DNA from: Octopus sinensis
Lineage: Eukaryota
Assembly (NCBI RefSeq): GCF_006345805.1
Contig: NC_043000.1
Span: 139,004,001-139,068,000 of the forward strand
Length of the DNA: 64,000 nt
Direction: 5' to 3'
Positions 49,577 to 62,294 of this stretch are shown one piece after another. A program made the position numbers and the translations under genes. Numbering within the stretch: the stretch's first letter is position 1; every line of letters begins with the position of its first letter. Below the pieces are notes generated by a model. That model ran no database searches, was not told where the DNA came from, and was given only the letters and a program-made list of their open reading frames with translations.

Positions 49577-50258
49577 TACATATATATATACATATATATA
49601 TATACACATACATACACACACACACACACACAAACTCACACATATATATGTAAGATTATATTATCTAATGCGCAGTGTCTTCTTTATATAATGTATTATG
49701 ACTCTAAGAATTTTTTTTACTATTTCTAACAAGACAAATGACCTTGCTATAGCTCTCCGATTGACTTAACATTGTCATATTTTTGTATCTATGAGGAGAA
49801 TGGTCTTCCTGAGGCAATTAACATCACTTGTCATATATGAAGAGATCTGTTGTAGAATAATTCATTACTAATAAATAAAAAAAATCCACTCAGGGTACTT
49901 GAGAACCCACTCACTGCTGCCAACCATCATAAACATACCAATTTTCTCAGCTATCTCGCAAAACAGTAGTATATTATATTATAGAAGATAAAGGTCCATA
50001 ATAAAAATATGCAAATAAAAGTCTGGATATGTATAAAAATTTGTAACACTGATTTGAGTTTGTCTTTAAAAGCCAAAACTTCAAAATTTAAAATGAGGAG
50101 AGCTTGCAGCTTCGGTGTCTCCTCTCCTTTCATGGATTTGTTTTTAGAGGTGTACTGGCTTCGTTTACAGGGATGATATCAAAGCCAATGTCAATGCACA
50201 CAGATGGACAAAGTTAAAGAAGCGGAAACCAGCATTGAAGGTAAACATTTCAATGAGA

Positions 50259-50574
50259 ATATTAGTTATCGCCATACTAATATGGCATTCTTATAAAAAT
50301 AAGAATAAAGCTGACCACTTATTAGCTCCATGAGGCCATCGCCTTAAGTTAGCTATTTGATACACAAACTGTATCCATATAACCTTATGTTATATGGATA
50401 CAGTTTGTGTATCAAATAGCTAACTTAAGGCGATGGCCTCATGGAGCTAATAAGTGGTCAGCTTTATTCTTATTTTTATAAGAATGCCATATTAGTATGG
50501 CGATAACTAATATTTTCCGGGAACGCTGCCATTGTTCTCTTTTAGAGAGACTTAGTAATTTTAATATTTCTATT
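50259..50574. mobile_element. Fold-back insertion: 126-bp perfect palindrome plus tail, 12-bp TSD
   Basis: Arms 50258-50383 / 50389-50514; TSD ATTTCAATGAGA at 50247-50258 and 50575-50586. Confidence 0.9.
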
Positions 50575-50784
50575 ATTTCAATGAGAGATCATCAACTACA
50601 ACCACTGACATGAATCAAGACTCACCCATGAGGGAATGAAATGATTTGCACAGACAGATGAGTCACAATCCATGAGCTTGTGGTACTCCTGGACAGTGGG
50701 TCACAATGTGTTACAGATGATGGTGGAAGACTCTAGGTTTTGAAATTGAAATATGAGTGTAAATGTGGAACTTCAACAGTTGTG

Positions 50785-51037
50785 GTAGAGGCATATGGCT
50801 TAGTGTTTAGGGTGTTGGGCTCATGATTATAAGGTTGTAGTTTCAATTCCTGAACCAGGCGACATATTGTGTTCTTGAGCAAAACACTTCATTTTACGGT
50901 GCTCCAGTCCACTCAGCTGGCAAAAATGAGTAACGCTGTGATGGACTGGTGTCCCATCCAGCCAGAGAACATATACGCCATAGAAACCAGGAAACAGGCT
51001 CTTATGAGTTGACATGACTCTAGATAGTAACTTTACT
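50785..51037 (+). mobile_element. tRNA-derived SINE with V-like domain, diverged
   Basis: TGGCTTAGTG head; CTGTGATGGACTGGTGTCCCATCCAG. Confidence 0.78.
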
Positions 51038-51129
51038 CTCTCTCTATATATATATATTATATCTTTCTGTATAGAAAAAAAGGAGAGGATCCCATTATTC
51101 GTTGGTTGGGGTGGCAGTTGGAATATCAT

Positions 51130-52110
51130 GTTTTAGTGTTCAGTAATGGTCTGTACCTTCTGAGGAAGAATTCTTCTTCATATTTTCAGAAATATTTGCT
51201 GTCTGACCATAACATAAAGAAAGGAAGATTGTGAATTTTCCCTTTCCAAATGACACGAAGTGTCCACTGCAAGGGATGTTTCTGAGAGAGAGGTCTTTAA
51301 TTTGTTGTCTGTGTTCACAAACTCTGTCAGGTAGTCCTGTTTCAGTTTCCCCAATATAGTACCTTTACATTGTAGGCAAGTTGCACAGTAAATTAAGTTT
51401 TACATTTTACAATTCATATTTGCATTGATTTTGAAAATCTCATTGCTTTTAAGATGTATTCACTAATTCCATATTGAGTGTCCCCACATTTTTTAACTTG
51501 CATTGTTTCAATGTTAGCTGTAAATTTCGTCTTGGTGAGTAGTTTCTATAAGTTTGGTGCTTGGCATCTGCTATATATTATTTGTGAGACTTATATGATT
51601 GCATTCATTTTGGGGGATTGCTGGAGAAGTGGGAGATATTGTTTGTGGCTTTCAAGATGTTGAAGTTCTTTGGGTTGTGAATGATGACAAAAGGCTGACT
51701 GATTTGTCCTTTTTATGTTTTTGGTTTGTTTTTCTCAATATTGTCACTGGAATGTTCTGGGTCTTGGAGATGTCTGTATTGATAAGGTTCATTGAATATT
51801 CTTGTCTTTTAAGGAACCATTTTAGTTCATGTAATCATTTTTCCTGTAGTGTGTGTTGCATTACTACAGTGCAGATGCATCTTGCCCTGTTAAAGGAAAT
51901 GCTCCTTTTGGTATGTAAAAGGTGTGGTGCTTGGAAATTTAAGTATTGGTGTGTGTCTATTGGTTTGTAAAATAGGTCTGTTTTGATATTTTCCCCTTCT
52001 TTAATGATAAGGATAGCCAGAAATGGTAGTTCCTTTCTACTAGATTCCTTGGTGAATTGTATTGCTTCATGAAGCCTGTTTATGATGGAATGGAATCTTT
52101 GCAGGTCTTC
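51130..52110 (-). mobile_element. Decayed Penelope-like element (RT C-terminus + GIY-YIG)
   Basis: IQFTKESSRKELPFLAILI..TDLFYKPIDTHQYLNF; NLIYCATCLQC..YIGET. Confidence 0.88.
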
Positions 52111-53749
52111 ATATATATATATACAGACACAAATATACATACACACACACACATATGTATATATGTATGTACGTATATGTATATATATATATGTCCATGT
52201 ATACATACATACATACATACGTACATACATACATGCATACATATATATATATACATATACATGTGTGTGTGTGTGTGTGATTATACATTTGTTTTAATAT
52301 GTATGTAAGTGATTCACGTTCAAACTTCATCACACCTTTTCATTAAAGTTACCACTTTATCAGTATGAAGAATCTAAGTGACATAGAAATATATTCTATT
52401 TGGGCGCATACTAGGAATGCAATGTAGGTACATTTTGCAGAAATTATGCTTACAGGCTGATATAACATGTTTACAAATCTATCATTTATAGTTTGTATTT
52501 ATCTATTAACTTTTCCGTTTCATTATAATCTATTTGAGATGCAGCACATGTTTATCAGTGACCAGTGACGAAAATTTTGACACCATATTTAAATAATAGA
52601 TGTTTAAGAGAAGTTAACAGTTTTTGTGTGTCTCTGAATCGCTAACTTCTGTCTTCCATTTAGATGCAATATATAATCTCATCAAAACACTTGCCATGCA
52701 AGTACATCTCCATATAATCTATTTATTATTGATTTAATTAGGTATTTATTTACTGAATATTATTTATTCAGTTATCCATTTGTGCATATATATTTTTACA
52801 TATTTATTATACCAGTAAGTGTGCCTGTAATTTTAAATGTGGTTTAGGAAGCATTTTGTGTATGAGCAATTTTACTTAACATGAAATGACCTCATTTTAA
52901 TACTTGTCTCCTTCAAATTCTTTGATGACATACATCGTGGAGGAATTATTTTAACAGTTATGAATGAAATACTTTGAAAACATATGAATAATACAGGATT
53001 AGTCTGAATTAATTCAACTATGTTTACAAAATCAAAATATTTTATTTCAGACGACTACTGAAAAAAAAAATTCTTTATCTGTCTGTGTGTGTGTGTGTGT
53101 GTTCTGGGAAGTACCAACAAATGTGATAAATCAAAAAAGCGAAGTATCTGACAATGTAACAGAAGCTATATAATCTGGAATATAACAATATTAATAAAAA
53201 TAAAACAAAAGTAGAAAATCTTTATGAATATTTTATTATAAATATTGTAATATAACTCCTGGAATAATGACAATTACATGTAAACTTTGTACTGCTTTGT
53301 ACTTTGTAAACATAGCATTGTATTTTCGAATTCAATTTTTATAACTATCATTAAACTATTCAGTGGCCCAGTAAACATTGTTAGAAGTAAAAGAACTGTG
53401 TTTTTTCCTATGTCACAATTACCTACGACTTGTATACTATTTTGAACCATCGTTTTGAACAGATTGCATATAGCGTCACATTTTGTATTTGTGGTCTTTT
53501 AACTAAGATCAAATTGTAACATAGAAATATTAATATTTCTAAATCTCTCTAAAGGAGACTATGGCAGCAGTACTGGATATTAATAGTTATCGCCAAGCTG
53601 ACATGGCACTTCAGGAAAATAGGATGAATGCTGCCTTTGATTAGCTCCAAGAGGTCATCGCCTCTAGCTAGCAATGTGACACACAAACCTGTGTCCATTA
53701 TAACCTTCAAACGAGGGAGGTCAGTAGCTTTCCCTTGCTGGTTCAACAC

Positions 53750-53790
53750 CCACAGACTAGTTTCGGATTATCTGCCCCTTTTCAATGTGG
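53750..53790 (-). ncRNA. Minimal type I hammerhead ribozyme, U3-A8 core variant
   Basis: ccaca-TTGAAAA-ggg gcagataa tcc-GAAA-ctag-TC-tgtgg. Confidence 0.72.
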
Positions 53791-54071
53791 AGTAGCCAAA
53801 CCCAGCAGGCTGACCATCTGCTCGAAGTATTATTTACCTATATTCAGTGGAATACATCCACTGGTTTTCAAAAATAGAAATATTAATATTTCTAAATCTC
53901 TCTAAAGGAGACTACGGCAGCAGCAACAGTACTGGATATTAATAGTTATCACCAAGCTAACGTGGCAGTCCAGGAAAATTTTTGAAAACTAGTGGATGTA
54001 CTCCACTGAATATAGGTAAATAAACCTTCAAACAGATGGTCAGCAGCGACACCTGCTGGGTTTGGCTACTC

Positions 54072-54110
54072 CACATTGAAAAGGGGCAAATACCCCGAAA
54101 CTAGTCTGTG
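54072..54110 (+). ncRNA. Minimal type I hammerhead ribozyme, U3-A8 core variant
   Basis: caca-TTGAAAA-gggg caaata cccc-GAAA-ctag-TC-tgtg. Confidence 0.78.
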
Positions 54111-54444
54111 AATGTTGAACCAGCAAGGGGAAGCTGCTAACCTCCCCTGTTCGAAGGTTGTAATAGACAGAGGTTTGTGTGTCACAGAGCTAGCAGGAGG
54201 CGATGGCCTCTTGGAGCTAATCAACAGCAGCATTCAACCTATTTTCTTGGACTGCTATGTTAGCTTGAAGATAACTACAAATTGTAACATTTTACTATCA
54301 AATACAAAATATTAAATCTTTAGTTAAGAAATTTATCAGTGTTTTCACCTACCTTTTTCAAAACACGCACTATTCCCTGTAGTTAATAAAACAATCATAA
54401 TTTTTAATGAAGGGAACAGTAATATACGATATACATGTTTGGCC

Positions 54445-54812
54445 TTGTGGAGGCGCAATGGCCCAGTGGTTAGGGCAGTGGACTTGCGGTCATAGGATCG
54501 CGGTTGTGAGTGTTTATTGAGAGAAAACACCTAAAAGCTCCACGAGGCTCCGGCAGGGGTTGGTGATGATCCCTGCTGTACTCTTTCACCACAACTTTCT
54601 CTCACTCTTACTTCCTGTTTCTGTTGTACCTGCATTTCAAAGGGCCGGCCTTGTCACTCTCTGTGTCACGCTGAATATCCCCGAGAACTACGTTAAGGGT
54701 GCACGTGTCTGTGGAGTGCTCAGCCACTTACACGTTAATTTCACGAGCAGGCTGTTCCGTTGATTCGGATCAACCGGAACCCTCATCGTCATAACCGATG
54801 GAGTGTTTCCAC
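54445..54812 (+). mobile_element. tRNA-derived SINE with 12-bp TSD
   Basis: Head TGGCCCAGTGGTTAGGGC; TSD ACATGTTTGGCC at 54433 and 54813. Confidence 0.9.
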
Positions 54813-55038
54813 ACATGTTTGGCCATTTAAAATTAGTTTCCTTCTTTTACTTAGTATTGGACTGAGGGTACTTCATAAAAAGAAGTATGAGCCTGACATT
54901 TAGCGGATAGGGTGCTGTTGACCAGAGCATCTTAGACTTGAAGATCACATAATCAGAGCGAGCTTTTCCTTTTTCTCTATATGTTGTGTGTGATAGGTAG
55001 GACGTTGCCCATGACATTTGCAGGCCTTATGAATATTA

Positions 55039-55076
<38 letters not shown>

Positions 55077-55102
55077 TAATAAGGATAATAATAATAATGA
55101 TG

Positions 55103-55149
<47 letters not shown>

Positions 55150-55169
55150 AATAATAATAATAATAATAA

Positions 55170-55717
55170 TATGCCAACATTATGGAATAACAACAGAAAA
55201 AAGATGGTATAGGCACACACCAGAAAAGGTCACAGAGAATGAGAAAGCAACCATACTCTGGGATATGCCAATACACACAGATAGAGAAATTAAGGCCAAC
55301 AGACCAGATATAGTTGTCAGGGATCATGAAGAAAAAAAATGTTTTCTAATTGATGTATCAATACCAGCGGATGACAACGTGTCTCTAAAAGAAATGGAGA
55401 AACTTTCAAAATACAAAGACCTGGAAATAGAGGTAACCAGAATGTGGAATCTAAAAACAGAAACAATTCCTATCATAATAGGTGCATTAGGCATGATAAA
55501 AAAATATTCAGAAAAATACATAACAAAAACACCAGGACTTACAAACACATATAACATACAGAAAATTGCACTACTAGGCACTGCACACATCCTACGCAGA
55601 ACACTTTCCATACAATAACCATCAGAGCATCACAACAAATCACAGCACATACCCAAGGCACACAGAGCTGTGCTCGGTAGTGAAGTGAAAGCACGCTATA
55701 AAAAAATATACTACTGA
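55170..55717 (+). mobile_element. R4/Dong-like LINE 3' end (same family as 34937-35423)
   Basis: WYRHTPEKVTENEKATILWD..RPDIVV..IDVSIP..KY; (TAA)n flanks. Confidence 0.92.
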
Positions 55718-55741
55718 ATAATAGTAATAATAATAATAATA

Positions 55742-56288
55742 GCAGTACCAGGCAGTGGCTCTCATGGCTTCTGATCTTAACTGATTGGAAGTGTTATCAT
55801 GTACATTGTTTTGTCTTGGTATAAAAGATGGGCTACAGCAAATATTCTGCTCAATACCACAGAATTGCTTGTCAGTTGTTTGACCTTAACCAGTTGAGCA
55901 TGTCCCTTAGTGGCTGACGATATGTGCATCTCTGATCACGAGCAGAAGTAGTGGGGGAGCATCATAGCCATGTGTTGAGAGGGATGCTTTGGGGTTTGAA
56001 TAGTTCACCTCTGGAAACATGGGTGGTTCTTTCAACATCCTTAAACAACCCTTATTCGGGGACCGTTTGAGCGGGATGGGCTACTCAACCTGAAGAAAAT
56101 TCAAACTGGGCCCCACCTGCAAGGTCATGTGCTGTTTATCTTGATATGAGATCACCATGTCGCGCACATATGGTTGTGATGCATGTGCCTGGTGTACCTT
56201 TATCAGACGGGTAGTCATGATGGGTATATTGGGCTTCGTATATTTTACCCCAGTGTCACTTTGATGGCATGAACTGCTCTCTCACTCA
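55742..56288. mobile_element. Non-coding element in (TAA)n, class uncertain
   Basis: Left end is the reverse complement of 34145-34213; (TAA)n on both sides. Confidence 0.55.
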
Positions 56289-56299
56289 ATAATAATAAT

Positions 56300-56660
56300 A
56301 AGGAAATTATTGTATACAGTGCTCAAGTGCACCACAACTTGTCAAAAGTGCATATAAAGCTTATGCAGTAATGTACAAATGTCTGGGAAGTGAACAGTGT
56401 ATGAGTTAGATACGTGCTTGCGTGTGTATGGAGGGGAGAAAATCAGGTGTAGTGTTGGCGAATCTCAGGAAGCATGGAAGTTTTGAATGATGCAGTGCTC
56501 CGACAACTAACAACTGATGACGGCAGTTTGTTCCATACTTCAGCAACTCTTAGTGGGAAAAGATGTTTCCAAAAGTCATGGGAGCTGTGCTGTTTCCTGA
56601 CTTTGTAAATATGTCCACGGGTGCTAGACAGGTGGAGTTTGAAGTTCAACACTTGCATAA
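56300..56660 (-). mobile_element. CR1-like LINE 3' fragment
   Basis: STRGHIYKV..FPLRVAEVWNKLPSSVV..SFK. Confidence 0.85.
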
Positions 56661-58374
56661 AAATCTTGAGGAAAGTAAAGATTCCACAGGGATGATATTA
56701 TGGTGTAAAGGATTGGGAATAATGGTTAATATGACCTAAGTGGGTTGGATACTTAACATCACCTTACCCAAAATAGTTTTCTAACTCATTAATGTGGAAA
56801 TGGAAAAATGCTTTCTTTCAAAATAGTATGAATTGCAATTTTAGAAAGAAAATTGAATATAAAATAATTTTAAATGAACAATGCGTGAAAAGCTCTCAGA
56901 TATATTTACCGACTTATGATTTGAAACAGGTTACATGTCATGATGTATTAGTATAGGTTCCTTTTCTCTGTACTAGATTTAAATTTATTGATATAGATTT
57001 TAGAGGAAGCAAGTTCAGATCCAATATGTTTTCTAAGCTCTGATCTACATTGATTGCATGCCGGACATTTGCATAATGTACACACATCAACTTTAATCAA
57101 TAAAACAATAGACTGACTGAAGGAACTTAGAAAGGAATCAATTTTGAAAATTTTGCTTTGTACCTAGACTAATATTATTATTTGTATATTTTAATTTTTT
57201 CAATATACTTCTGAAATATAAAAACATATACAGACATTTGGTGAAAGAAACATATGCATGTAAATATATATAAAGTTGAATGGAATTTTCTTTATCTTTT
57301 CCAATAAAGATTTTGACTTTTGTTTCTAACTTTTTAACAGATATTGGAATTAAAGTAATTTCTCACTAAATATTTTCTTTTTGTTAATTTCTTGTTTTTT
57401 TCTTTTTCTTAAAATTGGGTTTTTAAAGTCTTATTCTGGTATGCATTTGTGCATTTTTTAATACATTACGTCATAGATGTAAGTAAATCAAAATTTCAAA
57501 TTTATCTAAAAAACCTGTATGAAATGGAAATAGGTATATAATCATAAGTATATTTGTGCATTTGTGTGTGCCTGTATTAAGCTTTGATTGTATACCTGTT
57601 AGTATAAGCATCTATATGCTCATGTACATTTATATAATATGCATTTCAAGAGGGGAGCCCATTTCTTAGCACATATTCCTCCCTTCCCTTTTCTTCTGTT
57701 AAATATTTTTTTCTGATCACTTCAAAGATAAAAATCCATGTGATCAAAAATATTGCCAAATATTTTCATAGTTTTAAATAGAATAAGATCCTGTGAAAAT
57801 AGTGGAAAGTTGGCAACATTTCAGTTGACCAATGAAGAAACAGCAACTAGAATCCAAAAATGATAGTGTAAAGGAAATCTGTAAGTGAAAAATAAAAATA
57901 TATAAATAATAGATAAAAAACTATATTAAAAGCAATTGGTGTTGAGCGGATCAGAAGTATGGAATCAATAAGAAAGACATTATTACTTCTTCCTAATGCT
58001 AATAAATAATATATCATATACCATCTGCTAGCTTCTGACAGTTTTATGACATGTGGGCTGTTCTTAGCTTCATGTTATTTTATTTATTGTTATTGTTTTT
58101 CATATTTCATTTTTCTTTAAAATTTTTATTTGCTTATTTTCTCCTCATGTACGCTTCTGTGATGTAATAAACATCCGCCTTATAATTTTGTTATTGGCAC
58201 AATCAATAGTAAAGCTGATGCGCCAAAGAAGGAACTTCGCTCAATTTGCTAGAAATAGCAGCTAAATATTCTCAGATCATATTCAGTTGTCGTAAAAATG
58301 GAAGGGACACACTGGATGATGCAGATCAGATACCATTAAAAATTGAGCTGGTCAACGTTAGAATACCTAGTGTA

Positions 58375-58815
58375 GAGTGTAGTGGATGCTTTTTACGTAC
58401 CACTGGCACAGGAGCAAGTTAGGTGGCACTGGCATAAGCCACGTTCAGATGGTGCTTTTCACATGCTACAACACAGGAGCCAGTCGGGGTAGGGTGGGGA
58501 AGGCATCGACCATGTTTGGATGGTGCTTTTTATGTGCCACTAGCATGGGGAACCAGTCAGTGGCACTGGCAATGACCCATGCATGAATGGCGTGCTTATT
58601 GCGTGCCACCAGCATGAAAGCCAGTTCAAGCAGCACTGGCATCGGCCACAACTACAATTTGTATTTTTGATTGTGACTTGATTTTTGATTTTACTTGACT
58701 CACTAGGTTTCCCCAAGCACAGCATGTTGGCCTATGATTCAAATGTACTTTTTAAATGGGCTGGTTATGAGACACTAGTATAGGCTCTGGCTGTGATCTC
58801 ACTTTACTTGCCTTG
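58375..58815 (-). mobile_element. RTE 3' UTR copy, diverged
   Basis: Repeated GTGGCAC..AAAAGCAC motifs. Confidence 0.75.
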
Positions 58816-58899
58816 AATTATTTCAGAACAAATATCAGATAAATCATCGAAAACTCATCCAGATATAATGAAGTATAAAAAAACAAGAAAGAAACAAAT

Positions 58900-59312
58900 C
58901 GCACAAGAGTGGCTGTGTGGTAAGTAGCTTGTTTACCAACCACATGGTCCCGGGTTCAGTCCCACTGCATGGCACCTTGGGCAAGTGTCTTCTACTATAG
59001 CCTCGGGCCGACCAAAGCCTTGTGAGTGGATTTGGTAGAGGGAAACTGAAAGAAGCCTGTCGTATATATGTGTATATATACATATATGTGTGTGTGTGTG
59101 TTTGTGTGTCTGTGTTTGTCCCCCTAGCATTGCTTGACAACCGATGCTGGTGTGTTTATGTCCCCGTCACTTAGCGGTTCGGCAAAAGAGACCGATAGAA
59201 TAAGTACTGGGCTTACAAAGAATAAGTCCCGGGGTCGATTTGCTCGACTAAAGGCGGTGCTCCAGCATGGCTGCAGTCAAATGACTGAAACAAGTAAAAG
59301 AGTAAAGAGTAA
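58900..59312 (+). mobile_element. SINE family A, full length
   Basis: Matches 17266 copy. Confidence 0.92.
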
Positions 59313-59534
59313 ATAAAAATATTGCCATTATATTATTAAAGCTAGCACACTTATAATGATATTGCTACCCATAGTACAAAGACATCAAGTAAATCAAGCC
59401 AAAAAAAGAGTTGCTATATGATCTCTCTTACTGCTAGAAATAGCAACCAAATCTTTCTAAAGTTACATTCTACTGTTCTGAAAAAGGAGAGATGCATTCC
59501 ACAAGGCTGTTTTGAATATAAAATGAGATAGGTG

Positions 59535-59750
59535 TGGTGCAGGTGGCACGCTGTGCAGGTGGCACGTAAAAAAACACCCACTACACTCGCGGAGTGGTTG
59601 GCGTTAGGAAGGGCATCCAGCCGTAGAAACACTGCCAGATCTGACTGGGCCTAACGAAGCCTTCCAGCTTCACAGACCCCAGTTGACCCGTCCAACCCAT
59701 GCTAGCATGGAAAGCGGACGCTAAACGATGATGATGATGATGATGATGAT
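59535..59750 (+). mobile_element. RTE-tail repeat (family C)
   Basis: Family C motifs, (GAT)n. Confidence 0.88.
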
Positions 59751-59993
59751 AGGGTTGTCATACTCTGTGACCCATTTTTGATTTCCACCCAATGCACATA
59801 ATTCCAATTTTCAAGGTGGTGCTCAAGCATGGCTGCAAGTCTAATGACTGATACAAGTAAAGAATTAAAAACTAAAAGTGGTTACACATCAGCATCACAT
59901 CCAGTCTTATTTCATTGTACACGACTCTTTCTTACATATATCTTTTCTTCAAACATAGTTTTTTTGCTTCAAATAATTAGCTATCTTCTCAAC

Positions 59994-60272
59994 CAGTGGT
60001 ACCCATACTTTTTTTGGGTGGCCACCCCTTTGGCACCCAGGCTACATTTCTAGCATCCCCCCCCACACACACCACCACAAACATTGACTATTTTCTGCTG
60101 CAAATTCAAAGCATTTGTAGTTCACAAATAAAATTGAACCTTATTAACCCATTATTTTGTTTTTTTTTACATCCATCACCCCATTTTGGTCACTCCACTT
60201 TCCTTCAATGGCCCCCCCCTGGATCTTTCCATGGCTCCTACAGGGGCAGTATGCCCACCTTGGGAATCACTG
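59994..60272. mobile_element. hAT (Charlie/Buster-like) MITE
   Basis: CAGTGGTACCCA...TGGGAATCACTG; 8-bp TSD TTCTCAAC / TTCTAAAC. Confidence 0.78.
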
Positions 60273-60899
60273 TTCTAAACAATTTCCCATCCTATACAAA
60301 GCGCAGAGAACTTAAATAGCTGAATTAATAAAAAATCTAGGGACAACCACAGCAGTCACAGAAAATACACTCAACGTCAAATATATAATCTCATACAAGA
60401 CAAAATAAACACCAAAAATGCAGAAAACTGTGAGCATCACCAAAACATAACCCATAAAATAAAGATTAAAACACAATACAAATTAATTAACACTAGCACT
60501 TTTAATAATAGCCACACAGCACAATGCATCCTCCCTCAAACAAATTCAAATAACATACCTGGCAAGAGTTCTATGGCAAGACAACTTTTCTTTCAAGTAA
60601 TTTGCCAAAATAAGTCATCAGAAACATGACAAACGTAAGATTCAAAAACTCAGACATTGTATCAAAAACATGTCATTTAAACCTTTCTTCAGTCAGACAC
60701 CAGAGAAGTAATAAAGAAGTCTTGAAATTTAGGGCTAGACAAAATCATACACTTCTACACTTGAAATATCAGGAATGAATTATTGTATTTGGCAGCATTG
60801 GCAACTACTTATGAATACAGTCAATTTGGAAACTTGGTGGAATTATACAACAGAATTCCAGCTGAAGCTGCATCATGCAGACCTATCACCAACTTATAT

Positions 60900-61185
60900 A
60901 TCATCATCGTTTAACGTCCGCTTTCCATGCTAGCATGGGTTAGACGATTTGACTGAGGTCTGGTGAACCAGATAGCTGCACCAGACTCCAATCTGAACCG
61001 GCAGAGTTTCTACATCTGGATGCCCTTCCTAATGCCAACCACTCCGAGAGTGTAGTGGGTCCTTTTATGTGCCATGTGCACGAGGGCCAGTCAGGTGGTA
61101 CTGGCAACGGCCACATTCAAATGGTGCCGTTTATGTTCCACCTGCACAGGAGCCAGTCCAGCAGCACTGGCAACGACCTCCTTCA
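60900..61185 (-). mobile_element. RTE-tail repeat (family C)
   Basis: Family C motifs. Confidence 0.85.
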
Positions 61186-61642
61186 AAATCCTTTTCTGTC
61201 ATTAACTCAGGCATCCCTGTATTCAGTCAGTACACTTCTAATAAATCCCTCACAGAAAAATGCAATTCATTCTAACTTGTATTGTATCAACACACTTTTG
61301 ATTCTGTTTCCCACTAATCACAGCTCTAATCCCTTTGATCAAATATCTTCTTGATCAAAGCTGAGTGGGATTAAACCACACATATAAAAAAACAAAACAA
61401 CTGGACAGTCGAAAAATTGCAACATGCCCAAACTACTACATGATAGATTAATTGCAAAGATTAGAATTGGTAATTACTTCATTACCAATAGTTGAAAATT
61501 TGTAAATTTGGTACAAGACTGTAAATTGAAACAGGAGGGGCTACTTTGAATGGATCCTCAAGAGTGTTGCTTATTTTATACATGTTGATGTAATTAAAAA
61601 TCTAATCAGCTTTGGTGGGACGAGAACTCAGGAGGTTTAGGG

Positions 61643-61750
61643 ATCATCATCATCATCATCATCATCATTTAACGTCCGCTTTCCATGCTAGCATGGGTTG
61701 GACAGTTCAACTGGGGTCTGGGGAGCCCGAAAGCTGCACCAGTCCAGTCT
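61643..61750 (-). mobile_element. RTE-tail repeat (family C), short
   Basis: (CAT)n plus CCATGCTAGCATGGG. Confidence 0.8.
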
Positions 61751-62185
61751 ACCATTTAGCTATGCTAGCAACATATCCCTTCTGTTTCTGTTTATTTTTC
61801 TATCTCTCTCTTTCTCAATCTATTCTCCTTCTACCTTTCTCCTTACTTCAGTCGATCTTCCTCTGCCTTACACTCATTCCTTGAATTCCCTCCTTGCCTC
61901 TTCCTAGCTTCATCTACAACCAGCTGCCATCACATATTGTTTCAAAATCTACTTCTGTATTCTCTTCATACCTCTCTCAGCAATCTTCCTTCACTGCTAA
62001 CCCCCACCACATTCCCTACTGCATTCATTACCTCTTCCTCTAGTTTTCTATAGCCTCAACCATCCTTGATTCATTGAAGATCTGCATAATGATACCTCCT
62101 TTATTATTATAGTATATCTATTATAGAAGATATACATACATACATATACATACATACATATACATACATACATACATACATACAT

Positions 62186-62240
<55 letters not shown>

Positions 62241-62294
62241 CATACATACATATATATATATATACGTGTGTGTGTGAGTGTGTATGTATATATT

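Larger units (their letters stand above)
53521..54277. mobile_element. ORF-less PLE-type element: tandem plus inverted pLTR units, TSD-flanked
   Basis: Minus unit 53521-53873, partial repeat 53874-53979, inverted unit 53980-54277; TSD CAAATTGTAAC(AT) at 53510 and 54278. Confidence 0.88.
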
